Below, piece after piece: positions 33,588 to 41,955 of a stretch of 50,342 bases of DNA. This DNA comes from Candidatus Woesearchaeota archaeon (lineage in GTDB: Archaea > Nanobdellota > Nanobdellia > SCGC-AAA011-G17 > GW2011-AR17). The position numbers and the translations under genes were made by a program. Location of the stretch: assembly GCA_964621125.1 (NCBI GenBank), contig CAZUKZ010000003.1, positions 1-50,342 of the forward strand. The letters run 5' to 3'. Below the pieces are notes generated by a model. It had not been told where the DNA came from. It made no database searches and worked only from the letters and a program-made list of their open reading frames with translations. The number at the start of each line of letters is the position of its first letter. The stretch's first letter is position 1.

Positions 33588-36326
33588 CTAATCTAACCAA
33601 TCCTTATTTTTAATTTTCTCTGGCAAATACTTATCTGTAACAAAACTTATCCCCTTAGAACTCAAGGCCTCTAACTCCATCTTACATCCACTCTTCAACA
33701 TCAAATTTATCTCTTTTTGCCACTCTTTTTTCTGGAACCAAGGATAAGCAAGAATCTGTTTTGCCCTAGACTTATCTTGTTCATTAAGTTTAATTGTCAC
33801 ATTATCAGGCAATTTATATTTCATCCTATCAGAGCTTCTCAAACCAATGAATTTTGCAGATGGGACAGCCATACGCCTACTCTCAAAAGCCAGATTAATA
33901 CTTCCTTGCTTTATTACAGAGTAAATATAATATCCCCAACTGTCCTGGTCACACATAACATACAGCGGAAGTTTTAGCTCATTGACCATACGGTACAACA
34001 AACGGCGAACCCCTCTTGGCGCCATCCCTTGCCCATGGATTAAAATACAATGATGTTTTTTCCAAAAGCGATCTTCATTTAACCTTCGCCATACTGCGTC
34101 CTTCTCAACCATTAAAATAAATTCAGCCTTAGAGTCCAAGAACTGCACAACTTCTTCCTCAACAATCGATGGAACACTCCAACCCCCACTCCCCATCTTT
34201 GCACAATTTATCGTATCTCCAGAATCTTTAATTTTAATCTCACCAACCAATGCACCCCTATTACTTGCAAACAGATGTAATTCCTCCCTTAATGAATCCA
34301 GTGTTACTTCGAGATCTTCTATGATGGGGTCAGAATTATGTAGTATCAGAAGGCCATCTCCTCCAATAAAGTTTTCTGTTGGTCTTACTGCAATATCTAA
34401 CGTGAATTCTGGAGTTTTGGCATGCTCTATTTTTTTAATTTGGTCCCAAAAGATATCATTATTTGCTATCTCTGATAAGTTTTTTAATTGTTCATTCTCA
34501 ATTGAAGCTGGTTGTAGTAATTGTATGACTTTTGATAGAGTCCCTCTATTTATTGTTTGTTGCTCTTGTTCAATCTGATACCATGGTAATTTTTTATAGA
34601 CTTTTTCGTTTAATCTCCCACAAGATTTTCTTGCATTCCAAATCATCTCGCCAATACCAGGGATTCTATCCCCTGAAACTAGAGACTTATTTTCTAAACT
34701 TATATCTGCAAATTGATTTGTCACATCTGACATAATTTTTACATACTCTCTTGAATTGACTCGAATTTCATAAGCTGTGTGGTGATTCAATTTGTTTCTA
34801 TCAAAAGTATAAATTCTAGAGAATACTCCTAGTCTCAACATAAGAAATGTTAGTCCGTTAACTAATTTTTTACTTGTTGTATGATACCTAATTCTTAATT
34901 TGTTTTTACAAACTGATCCATCTCCCATATGAAACCACTTAAGAAAACTTTTTATTGTTTCATTTGAGGAGTCTAATATATATGAAGGGATTTCTTTATC
35001 CCAGGCTCTAACTGGTTTATAACCTAAAACAATAAGTATATAACTCATAAGGTTGTTTCCTAAATTTAGATTATAGACTCCATCCTTTCCTAATATTGGT
35101 TTGGTTAAAATAGAACCCTCACCAAATACGTTTATGAAGTGTTCTTTAAATTTATCTACATATTCGAGTTTTTTATTGGAAACAGCAACAAACCTTTCAT
35201 CTCTTCCTCTCTTAGTAAATACAGAATGAGACCCCTCACTTAATAACAAACCAAAGATTGCTCCCAAACTTTTTCCTTTTTTAATTAGTGGGTTAAATCT
35301 TTTATTTGTTCCCCTTGCACTAAGTTTAAATTTATGTAATATATCATCGAGGTTTATATCTGTATATTTTATTAAAGTTAATGGTACTGTTTTCCAAGTC
35401 TTCCAGTTAGCAATTACATCAGACCATACATTTTTATAATGTTTTGCAAATAATTTTAGTTGGTCTTTTCCAATTCTGTTTAGGATTTCTTTTATATCTT
35501 CCAATTCACCTTTTAAGTACAATTTTTTTAATTTTTCATCCGGAAGAAGATCAACGAGCTTTTCAACTAAATTAATATCTTGTTTATTTATTTCTACATT
35601 AATCTTTCTTGGAAGGGCTATCCAACTCCCTTCCTTTAATTCTTTGACTTCAGCAGAGATAGGTAATCCGTTATTACTTGTAAATAAACTATGACATTCT
35701 GTTACTTTTACAGTTTTTCCTGAATTAGTTGTAATTTTTTTAACCTTGTTGGGAGGATGTTGCATGATTAATGCTGCATCCATTTCTTTGATTTTATAAT
35801 TCTTATCAAAGGAGCAAACTTTTAGATTAACATCTTTCCATCTTTTTTTCCCATTTTGGTCATAAATTGGTTTTCCATTTTTCTTAGCATATTCAATAAC
35901 ATCATATCCTGTGGCAAGCTTTAGTTCACCATCCATGCGTACAAGAATTATTTCATCTGGACATACCGATTCAGTTTGATCATCGAATGTGTTCTGCTTA
36001 GTGTTACCAATAGTGTGCTTTGTCATGTAATACAAGTCCCTAATTGATGTTGTCTTGCCGGACTTCAACAATTCCTGGCAACCTGAAGCAATCAATAATG
36101 TCTGCATAAATTTTTTTGCCTGACCTACATTGAAAAAGTATCTTGTCTGTGTATCCTTACCCAATTCGAGAATTGATTTTTGTTCATTAAAATGAACATT
36201 AGAGAGGGAACGGATAGGAATTTTCATTGAAGGGTTTTCCTGCCTTTTTATTTCCTTAACAATGTTTTCAGCAAGGTGTTTAATCTTAATGTCTGAATTG
36301 ATTTTTCTTTCTTTTTTTGCCGCCAT
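33588..36326 (-). CDS. top6A: DNA topoisomerase VI subunit A, interrupted by an intein
   Basis: The N-extein carries SIRDLYYMTKH (catalytic Tyr). The C-extein carries Toprim-type motifs (EFILMVEKDAVW, CILIHGQGMAPR, YVMCDQDSWGYYI). Exteins total 369 aa. The start at 36326 is preceded by GGAGGAG and lies 1 nt after the top6B stop; the alternative ATG is at 36359. Confidence 0.9.
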   Translation of the reverse strand: MAAKKERKINSDIKIKHLAENIVKEIKRQENPSMKIPIRSLSNVHFNEQKSILELGKDTQTRYFFNVGQAKKFMQTLLIASGCQELLKSGKTTSIRDLYYMTKHTIGNTKQNTFDDQTESVCPDEIILVRMDGELKLATGYDVIEYAKKNGKPIYDQNGKKRWKDVNLKVCSFDKNYKIKEMDAALIMQHPPNKVKKITTNSGKTVKVTECHSLFTSNNGLPISAEVKELKEGSWIALPRKINVEINKQDINLVEKLVDLLPDEKLKKLYLKGELEDIKEILNRIGKDQLKLFAKHYKNVWSDVIANWKTWKTVPLTLIKYTDINLDDILHKFKLSARGTNKRFNPLIKKGKSLGAIFGLLLSEGSHSVFTKRGRDERFVAVSNKKLEYVDKFKEHFINVFGEGSILTKPILGKDGVYNLNLGNNLMSYILIVLGYKPVRAWDKEIPSYILDSSNETIKSFLKWFHMGDGSVCKNKLRIRYHTTSKKLVNGLTFLMLRLGVFSRIYTFDRNKLNHHTAYEIRVNSREYVKIMSDVTNQFADISLENKSLVSGDRIPGIGEMIWNARKSCGRLNEKVYKKLPWYQIEQEQQTINRGTLSKVIQLLQPASIENEQLKNLSEIANNDIFWDQIKKIEHAKTPEFTLDIAVRPTENFIGGDGLLILHNSDPIIEDLEVTLDSLREELHLFASNRGALVGEIKIKDSGDTINCAKMGSGGWSVPSIVEEEVVQFLDSKAEFILMVEKDAVWRRLNEDRFWKKHHCILIHGQGMAPRGVRRLLYRMVNELKLPLYVMCDQDSWGYYIYSVIKQGSINLAFESRRMAVPSAKFIGLRSSDRMKYKLPDNVTIKLNEQDKSRAKQILAYPWFQKKEWQKEINLMLKSGCKMELEALSSKGISFVTDKYLPEKIKNKDWLD
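34335..35963 (-). mobile_element. intein (543 aa) with LAGLIDADG homing-endonuclease domain inside top6A
   Basis: Begins with Cys (ESV|CPDEIILV). Block B is TECH. LAGLIDADG motifs are LGAIFGLLLSEGS and FLKWFHMGDGS. It ends ...GLLILHN, followed by the +1 Ser (SDPIIEDLE). Confidence 0.85.
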
Positions 36327-36327
36327 C

Positions 36328-37923
36328 TTATTCTCCTCCAATAGTTCGTTTTTTTGCAATCTTCCTCAGATTGTTAGTAACTTCCTTTTTATCTGCCTTA
36401 ATCAGTTTATTTAAGGACTCTGCAACCTCATCAATATAAAGCTCAAATATTTTTTGCCTTTTCTTTTCATGCTCTGATTTCCTTATCTTTCTTATGTGAC
36501 TCATAAGTTTCCTTCCGCATTCTTGGATGGCTAACTTTATATCCTTGATTATCTCTGGGTAACTCGCTATAACCTCTTTACTTTCAGAAGTAAACGGTAC
36601 CCAAACAGAAGAAATATGAATCATAACCATTAATGGCCCTGAAGGTAATGCCCCTTTACTCTGACTTATACCATAATTTTTCCATGCTGTCTGCATAACA
36701 GATTTAGTTATGGCGCATGCCCCTTGCTGGTATTGTAAAGGTACACGGTTAGCAAACCTAATTACTCTTGCAAGCTTATCTCCAGGCAAAGTTCCACCAT
36801 AAGCTATACAACATTCAACCTGGAAAGGGTTACCACGATAAACAGAAGGAGGCCTTGTTGTTGCAGCATAGAATTCCGCATCCACTTCCTTCTTCATACC
36901 TTTAACCATAAGCTCTTCAGTTATTGGGATAATGCAATCTGTAGGAGGTGCCATGATTTTAGTTGATCTTATTGATTTCAACAAATTATCTGCTTCCTGT
37001 CTTGCGATCCTTGATGTTCTTGCGTTTTCCAGCAATTTAGCTTTGTCACAGATTTCTTTGGCTACCTTTGGACTTACTCGAGAGAATTCATTTTGTAAAA
37101 ATGCCTTGAGTTTTTTGAACTTTGTTTCTTTGAGCATCTTTATCAGGATTCCAAGTTCAATACCATAGGGATGTGGTTTTATCTCCTTAGCCTCTTTTGG
37201 AAGTTCTTTTGTAGCTCTCGGGAATTCTACGATGTCATCTACAGGTGACTTATAAGTTATAGTTACGTGCGGGTTGGATATGGCCGTCTGTTTCAAATAC
37301 TCATCTATTCCTTGCTTGCCTTTTTGGTATTTTGCTTCCAATTCAAGGCTTAAAACCGTCCCGTGTTTCTTATCTTCCCAATCAAAGTATTCTTCCTTGA
37401 TTATTTCTGGCTCGTTGTTTTTTGTGTCAACATGAAGTTCACAACGATAAGCTTTTTTTCTAGGACCTGTTTTGGATTGAATCCTTATACCTTTTCCAGT
37501 TGTCAATTGGCCGTACATTGCTGCTGCAGAAATTCCTATACCTTGTTGCCCCCTACCACATTTCATAGAGTGGAACTTAGACCCGTATAACAATTTAGCG
37601 AATATTTTTGGAACTTGCTCAGGTGTGATTCCTGGACCGTTATCCTCTACTGTAACTCTAAATCTTTCCTCATTGCCCTTAATAGGATCAACTATTACCT
37701 TTATGTCAGGTAAGACTCTCATCTCTTCTGTAGCATCTAAAGCATTATCAACAGCCTCCTTAATTGTTGTTAGTAAAGCTTTTCTTGGATTGTCAAATCC
37801 TAAAAGGTGTCTGTTCTTAGTGAAAAATTCGGCCACTGATATTTCCCTTTGTTTTGTAGCTAGTTCCTCTGCTTTTGTTCTCTTACTTGCCGATTTTTTT
37901 CCAGTTAAAGTTGTCTGAGCCAT
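36328..37923 (-). CDS. top6B: DNA topoisomerase VI subunit B (GHKL ATPase)
   Basis: Bergerat-fold motifs (TTIKEAVDNALDA, DNGPGI, GRGQQGIGISAA) and a transducer domain. Confidence 0.95.
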   Translation of the reverse strand: MAQTTLTGKKSASKRTKAEELATKQREISVAEFFTKNRHLLGFDNPRKALLTTIKEAVDNALDATEEMRVLPDIKVIVDPIKGNEERFRVTVEDNGPGITPEQVPKIFAKLLYGSKFHSMKCGRGQQGIGISAAAMYGQLTTGKGIRIQSKTGPRKKAYRCELHVDTKNNEPEIIKEEYFDWEDKKHGTVLSLELEAKYQKGKQGIDEYLKQTAISNPHVTITYKSPVDDIVEFPRATKELPKEAKEIKPHPYGIELGILIKMLKETKFKKLKAFLQNEFSRVSPKVAKEICDKAKLLENARTSRIARQEADNLLKSIRSTKIMAPPTDCIIPITEELMVKGMKKEVDAEFYAATTRPPSVYRGNPFQVECCIAYGGTLPGDKLARVIRFANRVPLQYQQGACAITKSVMQTAWKNYGISQSKGALPSGPLMVMIHISSVWVPFTSESKEVIASYPEIIKDIKLAIQECGRKLMSHIRKIRKSEHEKKRQKIFELYIDEVAESLNKLIKADKKEVTNNLRKIAKKRTIGGE

Positions 37924-38158
37924 CTTAAGAATTATTTTTTTGTGAGGTTGAGCCTTAATAAAGTTTTGTATTGTTGAGGATTGACTTTTCTCTCAGGTGC
38001 TATAGCCCTTAATTTTTTTAACTAATGATACTTCGCTCTTGATATAGTTTTATCAAAAAAAAAACGTTTAGGATGGAAATTCCCAAATTCTCCACTTCCG
38101 TCGCAACTTATCTAAACCTTGATGTTTACCTCAAAGATTATCAATCAACAAGATCTAA

Positions 38159-38350
38159 CTACTCTTTTTTTACATTAATTGCTTTTGGGCCCTTATCTCC
38201 TTCTTCTATATCAAACGTTACTGAATCATTTTCATGCAAAGTTACGCCTTCTTCAAGAGCAGACTGATGGACAAAAACTTCTTTTCCATCTTCAGCAGTA
38301 ATGAATCCAAATCCTTTCATATCATTGAAAAATTTTACTGTTCCTTTCAT
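38159..38350 (-). CDS. csp: cold-shock domain protein (CspA family)
   Basis: [15 protein letters not shown] (RNP1) and VFVHQSAL (RNP2). 63 aa. A strong GGAAGGAGGT Shine-Dalgarno sequence lies upstream. Confidence 0.95.
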   Translation of the reverse strand: MKGTVKFFNDMKGFGFITAEDGKEVFVHQSALEEGVTLHENDSVTFDIEEGDKGPKAINVKKE

Positions 38351-38557
38351 TTTTTAACCTCCTTCCTTGTTTATTATTCATTTCCGTAAACAACTTAACA
38401 AATTTGTCAAATAAATACTTTAATTTATAAATAGTCAAGCAATTCTGCTATATATAAAAGGTTCCTTTTTAAATGCTTTTATTTTTTTTGTATATAAAGT
38501 ATGAAAATCCCCTTAGTTCTTAAACTCAAGAAAAGAATTCATATGTGGAATCTTCGA

Positions 38558-38901
38558 CTATCCCTTGAAACCAACCCAATACTCTTCTGGGACTGAGTAT
38601 TCATTCCCCCCAAGCCTTACCTTCACAGAAAAACGAGCATCAATGTTAGTTCTACGGTTAACTCTCTTGAACTCATCCTCGGCTTTTTTTATAGCATCTT
38701 TCAGTTTTCCTTTATGTTCGGTAGAAGTATTCTCTTCCCCTTCATCGTGCCAAGAAGAAAAAATCTCAACCTTGTAGGCAGCCCTCCCCAGATTTGTTGA
38801 GAGCCCAGAAGATCCAAAGATTCTTGGTTGCTTGCCCTCGCCTCTTCCAGATCTTTTATCTTTTTACCCAAAGTTTTCCTAAGATGTGTCTTTAGATACA
38901 T
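38558..38901 (-). pseudogene. 114-codon gene split by a -1 frameshift at an A5 run (or sequencing error / programmed slip)
   Basis: ATG at 38901 gives MYLKTHLRKTLGKK. The protein-like continuation (DKRSGRGEGKQPRIFGSS...AAYKVEIFSSWHDEGE...FSVKVRLGGNEYSVPEEYWVGFKG, stop at 38558-38560) is in the -1 frame and has no start codon of its own. The frames meet at GGTAAAAAGAT (38858-38868). Confidence 0.5.
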
Positions 38902-38945
38902 ATTGTTTTGTTAATCTCTTAAACTATAAAACAATTTCTATACTA

Positions 38946-39215
38946 TTACTTATACTCTGGAATATCATAGGCAGTCATCAATGGAACATCTCCTTCATTG
39001 TCGTCTGCTATATGGATGAAAGCGACAATCCTGCCCATCTTACCAAAGACCTTTCCGGCCTTATATGCTCCTTCTAAATGGTGGCGATGCTTACGGTGCT
39101 TGTATCTCTCTTGATGACTATAGTCCATTGAAAATTCGTCTAGCCATTCATGAACTTCCCTATAGGATTTGCCTAATATTTGTTTAGTTCTCTTACAGTG
39201 CTGTTCTAAGTCCAC
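38946..39215 (-). CDS. hypothetical protein (His-rich, HEWLD..HRKHRHH)
   Basis: 89-aa ORF with ATG start. No family confidently recognised. Confidence 0.5.
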   Translation of the reverse strand: MDLEQHCKRTKQILGKSYREVHEWLDEFSMDYSHQERYKHRKHRHHLEGAYKAGKVFGKMGRIVAFIHIADDNEGDVPLMTAYDIPEYK

Positions 39216-39303
39216 CCTAGTTGGTTGAAAGTGAAGGCTATATATAAAATTGACTTTAGATAAATCAAAGATTTTTTATATCAGAATAGGTTTAAGGAAA
39301 ACT

Positions 39304-39951
39304 ATGAGACTTATAATACTCTTAGTTGCCCTTGTGCTTATAACTGGGTGTGTGCCAACTAATGTGCCTACCTTAAACCCCAAAGCCATAGAAGAAGCAC
39401 CTTCAACCCTTTCTATAATTAGCCCTGTGCCAGACAAGCCTAAAATACCTCTTGTTATAAAGAACCTTGCCAAGAAAGTAGGTGAAGATACATACAAGTT
39501 CAATCTTGGAGAATCCTTGATAATAGAGGGAAAGCAGGTGAAGCTATTGGAACTGAAACCTTCACTGATTGTCAAAATTAATGTCGGAAAAGTTAAAGGT
39601 ACAATATCAGAAACTAAGTATAAGGAATTTATAAACGGCCTTGAGATAACTGTAGATAAGTTTAAGTTTAACTATTCTGGGAGTCCAGACAACTATGTAA
39701 TCTTAAAAATTAAAAAGCTTGAACTAGGAGAAGGAGAACACGTGTTATACAAGGGGAGATCACTGAAACTTGGCGATAAATATCTGAAGTTAGCCCAAGT
39801 ACTTTCTAACATAGCTTACTTTGAACTAACAGGTGAGCTTTCACAAAAAGGAGTTATCCCAGGAGAAACTACCAAGTATGGAGGGCATAATATAACACTG
39901 AATAAAATTTTTTATAGGAATGAACAATTTGTTCTAATAAGAATAAAGTGA
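39304..39951 (+). CDS. putative lipoprotein
   Basis: Start moved to MRLIILLVALVLITGC (signal peptide plus lipobox). The mature part is beta-rich with no recognised domain. Confidence 0.6.
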   Translation: MRLIILLVALVLITGCVPTNVPTLNPKAIEEAPSTLSIISPVPDKPKIPLVIKNLAKKVGEDTYKFNLGESLIIEGKQVKLLELKPSLIVKINVGKVKGTISETKYKEFINGLEITVDKFKFNYSGSPDNYVILKIKKLELGEGEHVLYKGRSLKLGDKYLKLAQVLSNIAYFELTGELSQKGVIPGETTKYGGHNITLNKIFYRNEQFVLIRIK

Positions 39952-40066
39952 TGGACAACGAAAAAGGGTTCCCGCTCAAAGAGCAGTACAACCAAAAACG
40001 CGGACCTATTTCACTGCGGTGTTCGAAATGAGAACCGGTGGGACCAGGTCGCTATGGCCGTCCATC
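39950..40066 (-). rRNA. rrf: 5S ribosomal RNA
   Basis: The minus strand reads GAUGGACGGCCAUAGCGACCUGGUCCCACCGGUUCUCAUUUCGAACACCGCAGUGAAAUAGGUCCGCG...GUUGUCCAUC. The conserved CCAUAGCG and CUCAUUUCGAAC blocks are present, and the termini pair over 10 bp (helix I). Ends are accurate to about 3 nt. Confidence 0.9.
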
Positions 40067-40088
40067 AAAGAGATATTTAAGCACCTAG

Positions 40089-40103
40089 TATTTAAACGTT
40101 TCG
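40089..40103 (-). promoter_or_regulatory. BRE/TATA promoter of 5S rRNA (CGAAACG-TTTAAATA on minus strand)
   Basis: The TATA box ends about 23 nt upstream of the predicted 5S 5' end. The same CGAAA(A/C)G-TTTA(T)AAATA architecture occurs upstream of the 21647 gene. Confidence 0.5.
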
Positions 40104-40152
40104 GTTTTGCTGAGGTAAGCTTAAATACAAACCCTTAATTCCCATTAACGCA

Positions 40153-40695
40153 ATGAGCTCTATAGACGACTACTGTACATTAGATGATTCTACGAGGCCC
40201 GTTTGGGGAAAAAGGGTGAAAACTCCTAAAAGTTATTCAGAAAGGAGAGTCCTATTACCAGGGATGGATTTCAAGACCATAGAGACCTATGTGAGTTCTA
40301 TATTTACTCCAGACCTTAATCAGTTTTCAAGACTTATATTTGTCAAGCCAATGTATGCTGAAATTGATGAAGGATTGCTAGTAAACTTTGTTGAAGAAGT
40401 CGTAGGTGAGAAGGAGCTAATATCATGCCCTCATTATAAGCAATACCCTTCAATCGAAGGAATGGATAGTGTGGTCTTTCCTACCAAGATGGAACGTAGC
40501 CAAAGAGATTATGATGCTATAAAGAGATCATGCTTCAACAAGGCGGATGTGGATGCTAGGGTTATAAGCAAGCAGGTGAGGGGGTCTCTTATGAGCTTTC
40601 CAAACTGGAACAATTTTATGAAAGCAGTCCTGGATGAGGAAGAAAAAATTTTCTTAGACGGTTTCTTAGTACACATTTCCGGATTTAAGGAGTAG
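40153..40695 (+). CDS. hypothetical protein (orphan)
   Basis: 180-aa ORF with no recognised motif. Its promoter region shares TATA-N-TTAATTCCC with the next gene. Confidence 0.5.
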   Translation: MSSIDDYCTLDDSTRPVWGKRVKTPKSYSERRVLLPGMDFKTIETYVSSIFTPDLNQFSRLIFVKPMYAEIDEGLLVNFVEEVVGEKELISCPHYKQYPSIEGMDSVVFPTKMERSQRDYDAIKRSCFNKADVDARVISKQVRGSLMSFPNWNNFMKAVLDEEEKIFLDGFLVHISGFKE

Positions 40696-40746
40696 TACCA
40701 CTTTTTTAGGATAAAACTTATAAATGACCGTTAATTCCCCAAAATT

Positions 40747-41955
40747 ATGCTTATAGATAATGACTTCCGTATGGCTACAATCTTAGATTATAAATTCCTT
40801 ATGGATGAGGTAACACTCCGGACGTCTGATAAAGTCAAGCAGCACCTATTGTTATTAAGAGTTGTTGCGCATGCACAAAATTCTCACGGGATGTTCAAGC
40901 AAGCCAAAAGAGCTTATTCACTTACAACCCCTGATCATATATATGAGGTTCTAAATGACCATAATGGAGGAAATTTTGATGCAGAGGAGTGGAGGGAGTG
41001 GTCTCAGGACAAAATTGATTCTGTATTCTCATTCTTCCGAAGGATAAGCGAAGGGGAAAATCTAGAGTATTATCATGATGAAGAAGGAGAGCCTTTGATG
41101 GGATATGAGATGTTCCGAGGAAGGAAAGTAATGAACCATGATCACCTGTTAACTGGAGGATATTTAGGAGCATGTATGGACACATACAACCCTTGGAGGA
41201 GATTGCTTGAAGAGGTCCATGGGATTGTTACTGGAGGAGGGATGTGCGTACCTATAGATTTAGAAGAAATGGTCAACCATGGCCATAAGACATTTGAGCT
41301 AGAACATAGGGAACATAACAAAAGGCAGATACAACAACTTCGCATGCTAGGTGTTATACCTAAAGCCCCAATAAAACCCAGCAAAACAGTTATAAGCGGA
41401 TATGTCCGACAGGCTGTTGGACGAGGCATCTGCGATGACCTTGCTATCACAAACGCCGGAATATTGTATGGGATTGATGCTGCATTAGGAGTATTCTTGG
41501 CAGATGCTGTGGATACGTGGGAGAAGAATACTTCCTTAATAATGGAGGGGGGGCAAGACAGCAAAATTGCTGACATAATACTAAACAATAAAAAGAAAAG
41601 GAAAAGGCACTCCATGAGGTTTAAAATTCCAATTGAAGATAAAGTCATTGCATGGATGAAGCCGGCTGCAGCGGTGCATTATCCCCCTAACACTGTAAAA
41701 TGCGGGGCACAACTACCTCATTGTTCACAGAGCTATATGCTTCAGGTCAACCCTGACAAAGGAAAAAATATCATCGAATCCAACCTATCTTTCATTGTGG
41801 GAAAAAGCTATCCTACACTTGATATAAGCCATCCTGCCCTACAAGTAACTAATAGGTGGCTTTTCGGAGAGTTTACAAAATATCTGGTAGATGAATGCAG
41901 AACACTTTATTCTACTTTGTTTCCTAGGAAGATTGAACAGTTTCTAACGCTTTAA
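40747..41955 (+). CDS. hypothetical protein (orphan, His/Gly-rich central region)
   Basis: 402-aa ORF with no recognised motif and locally higher G+C than its neighbours. Its 3' end overlaps the convergent Cas4-like gene by 32 nt. Confidence 0.5.
   Translation: MLIDNDFRMATILDYKFLMDEVTLRTSDKVKQHLLLLRVVAHAQNSHGMFKQAKRAYSLTTPDHIYEVLNDHNGGNFDAEEWREWSQDKIDSVFSFFRRISEGENLEYYHDEEGEPLMGYEMFRGRKVMNHDHLLTGGYLGACMDTYNPWRRLLEEVHGIVTGGGMCVPIDLEEMVNHGHKTFELEHREHNKRQIQQLRMLGVIPKAPIKPSKTVISGYVRQAVGRGICDDLAITNAGILYGIDAALGVFLADAVDTWEKNTSLIMEGGQDSKIADIILNNKKKRKRHSMRFKIPIEDKVIAWMKPAAAVHYPPNTVKCGAQLPHCSQSYMLQVNPDKGKNIIESNLSFIVGKSYPTLDISHPALQVTNRWLFGEFTKYLVDECRTLYSTLFPRKIEQFLTL

Noticed and set aside
38073-38777. 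Plus-strand ORFs 38073..38267 and 38565..38777
   Set aside because: The first overlaps csp in antisense. The second is antisense to the frameshifted minus-strand gene, whose translation is far more protein-like.
41142-41648. 168-aa ORF antisense to the 402-aa orphan gene
   Set aside because: The plus-strand frame is longer (402 aa), has a promoter-like TATA box and a consistent start. The antisense frame is Ser/Cys/Leu-rich and looks like a shadow ORF. Because neither frame has homology support, this rejection is less certain than the others.
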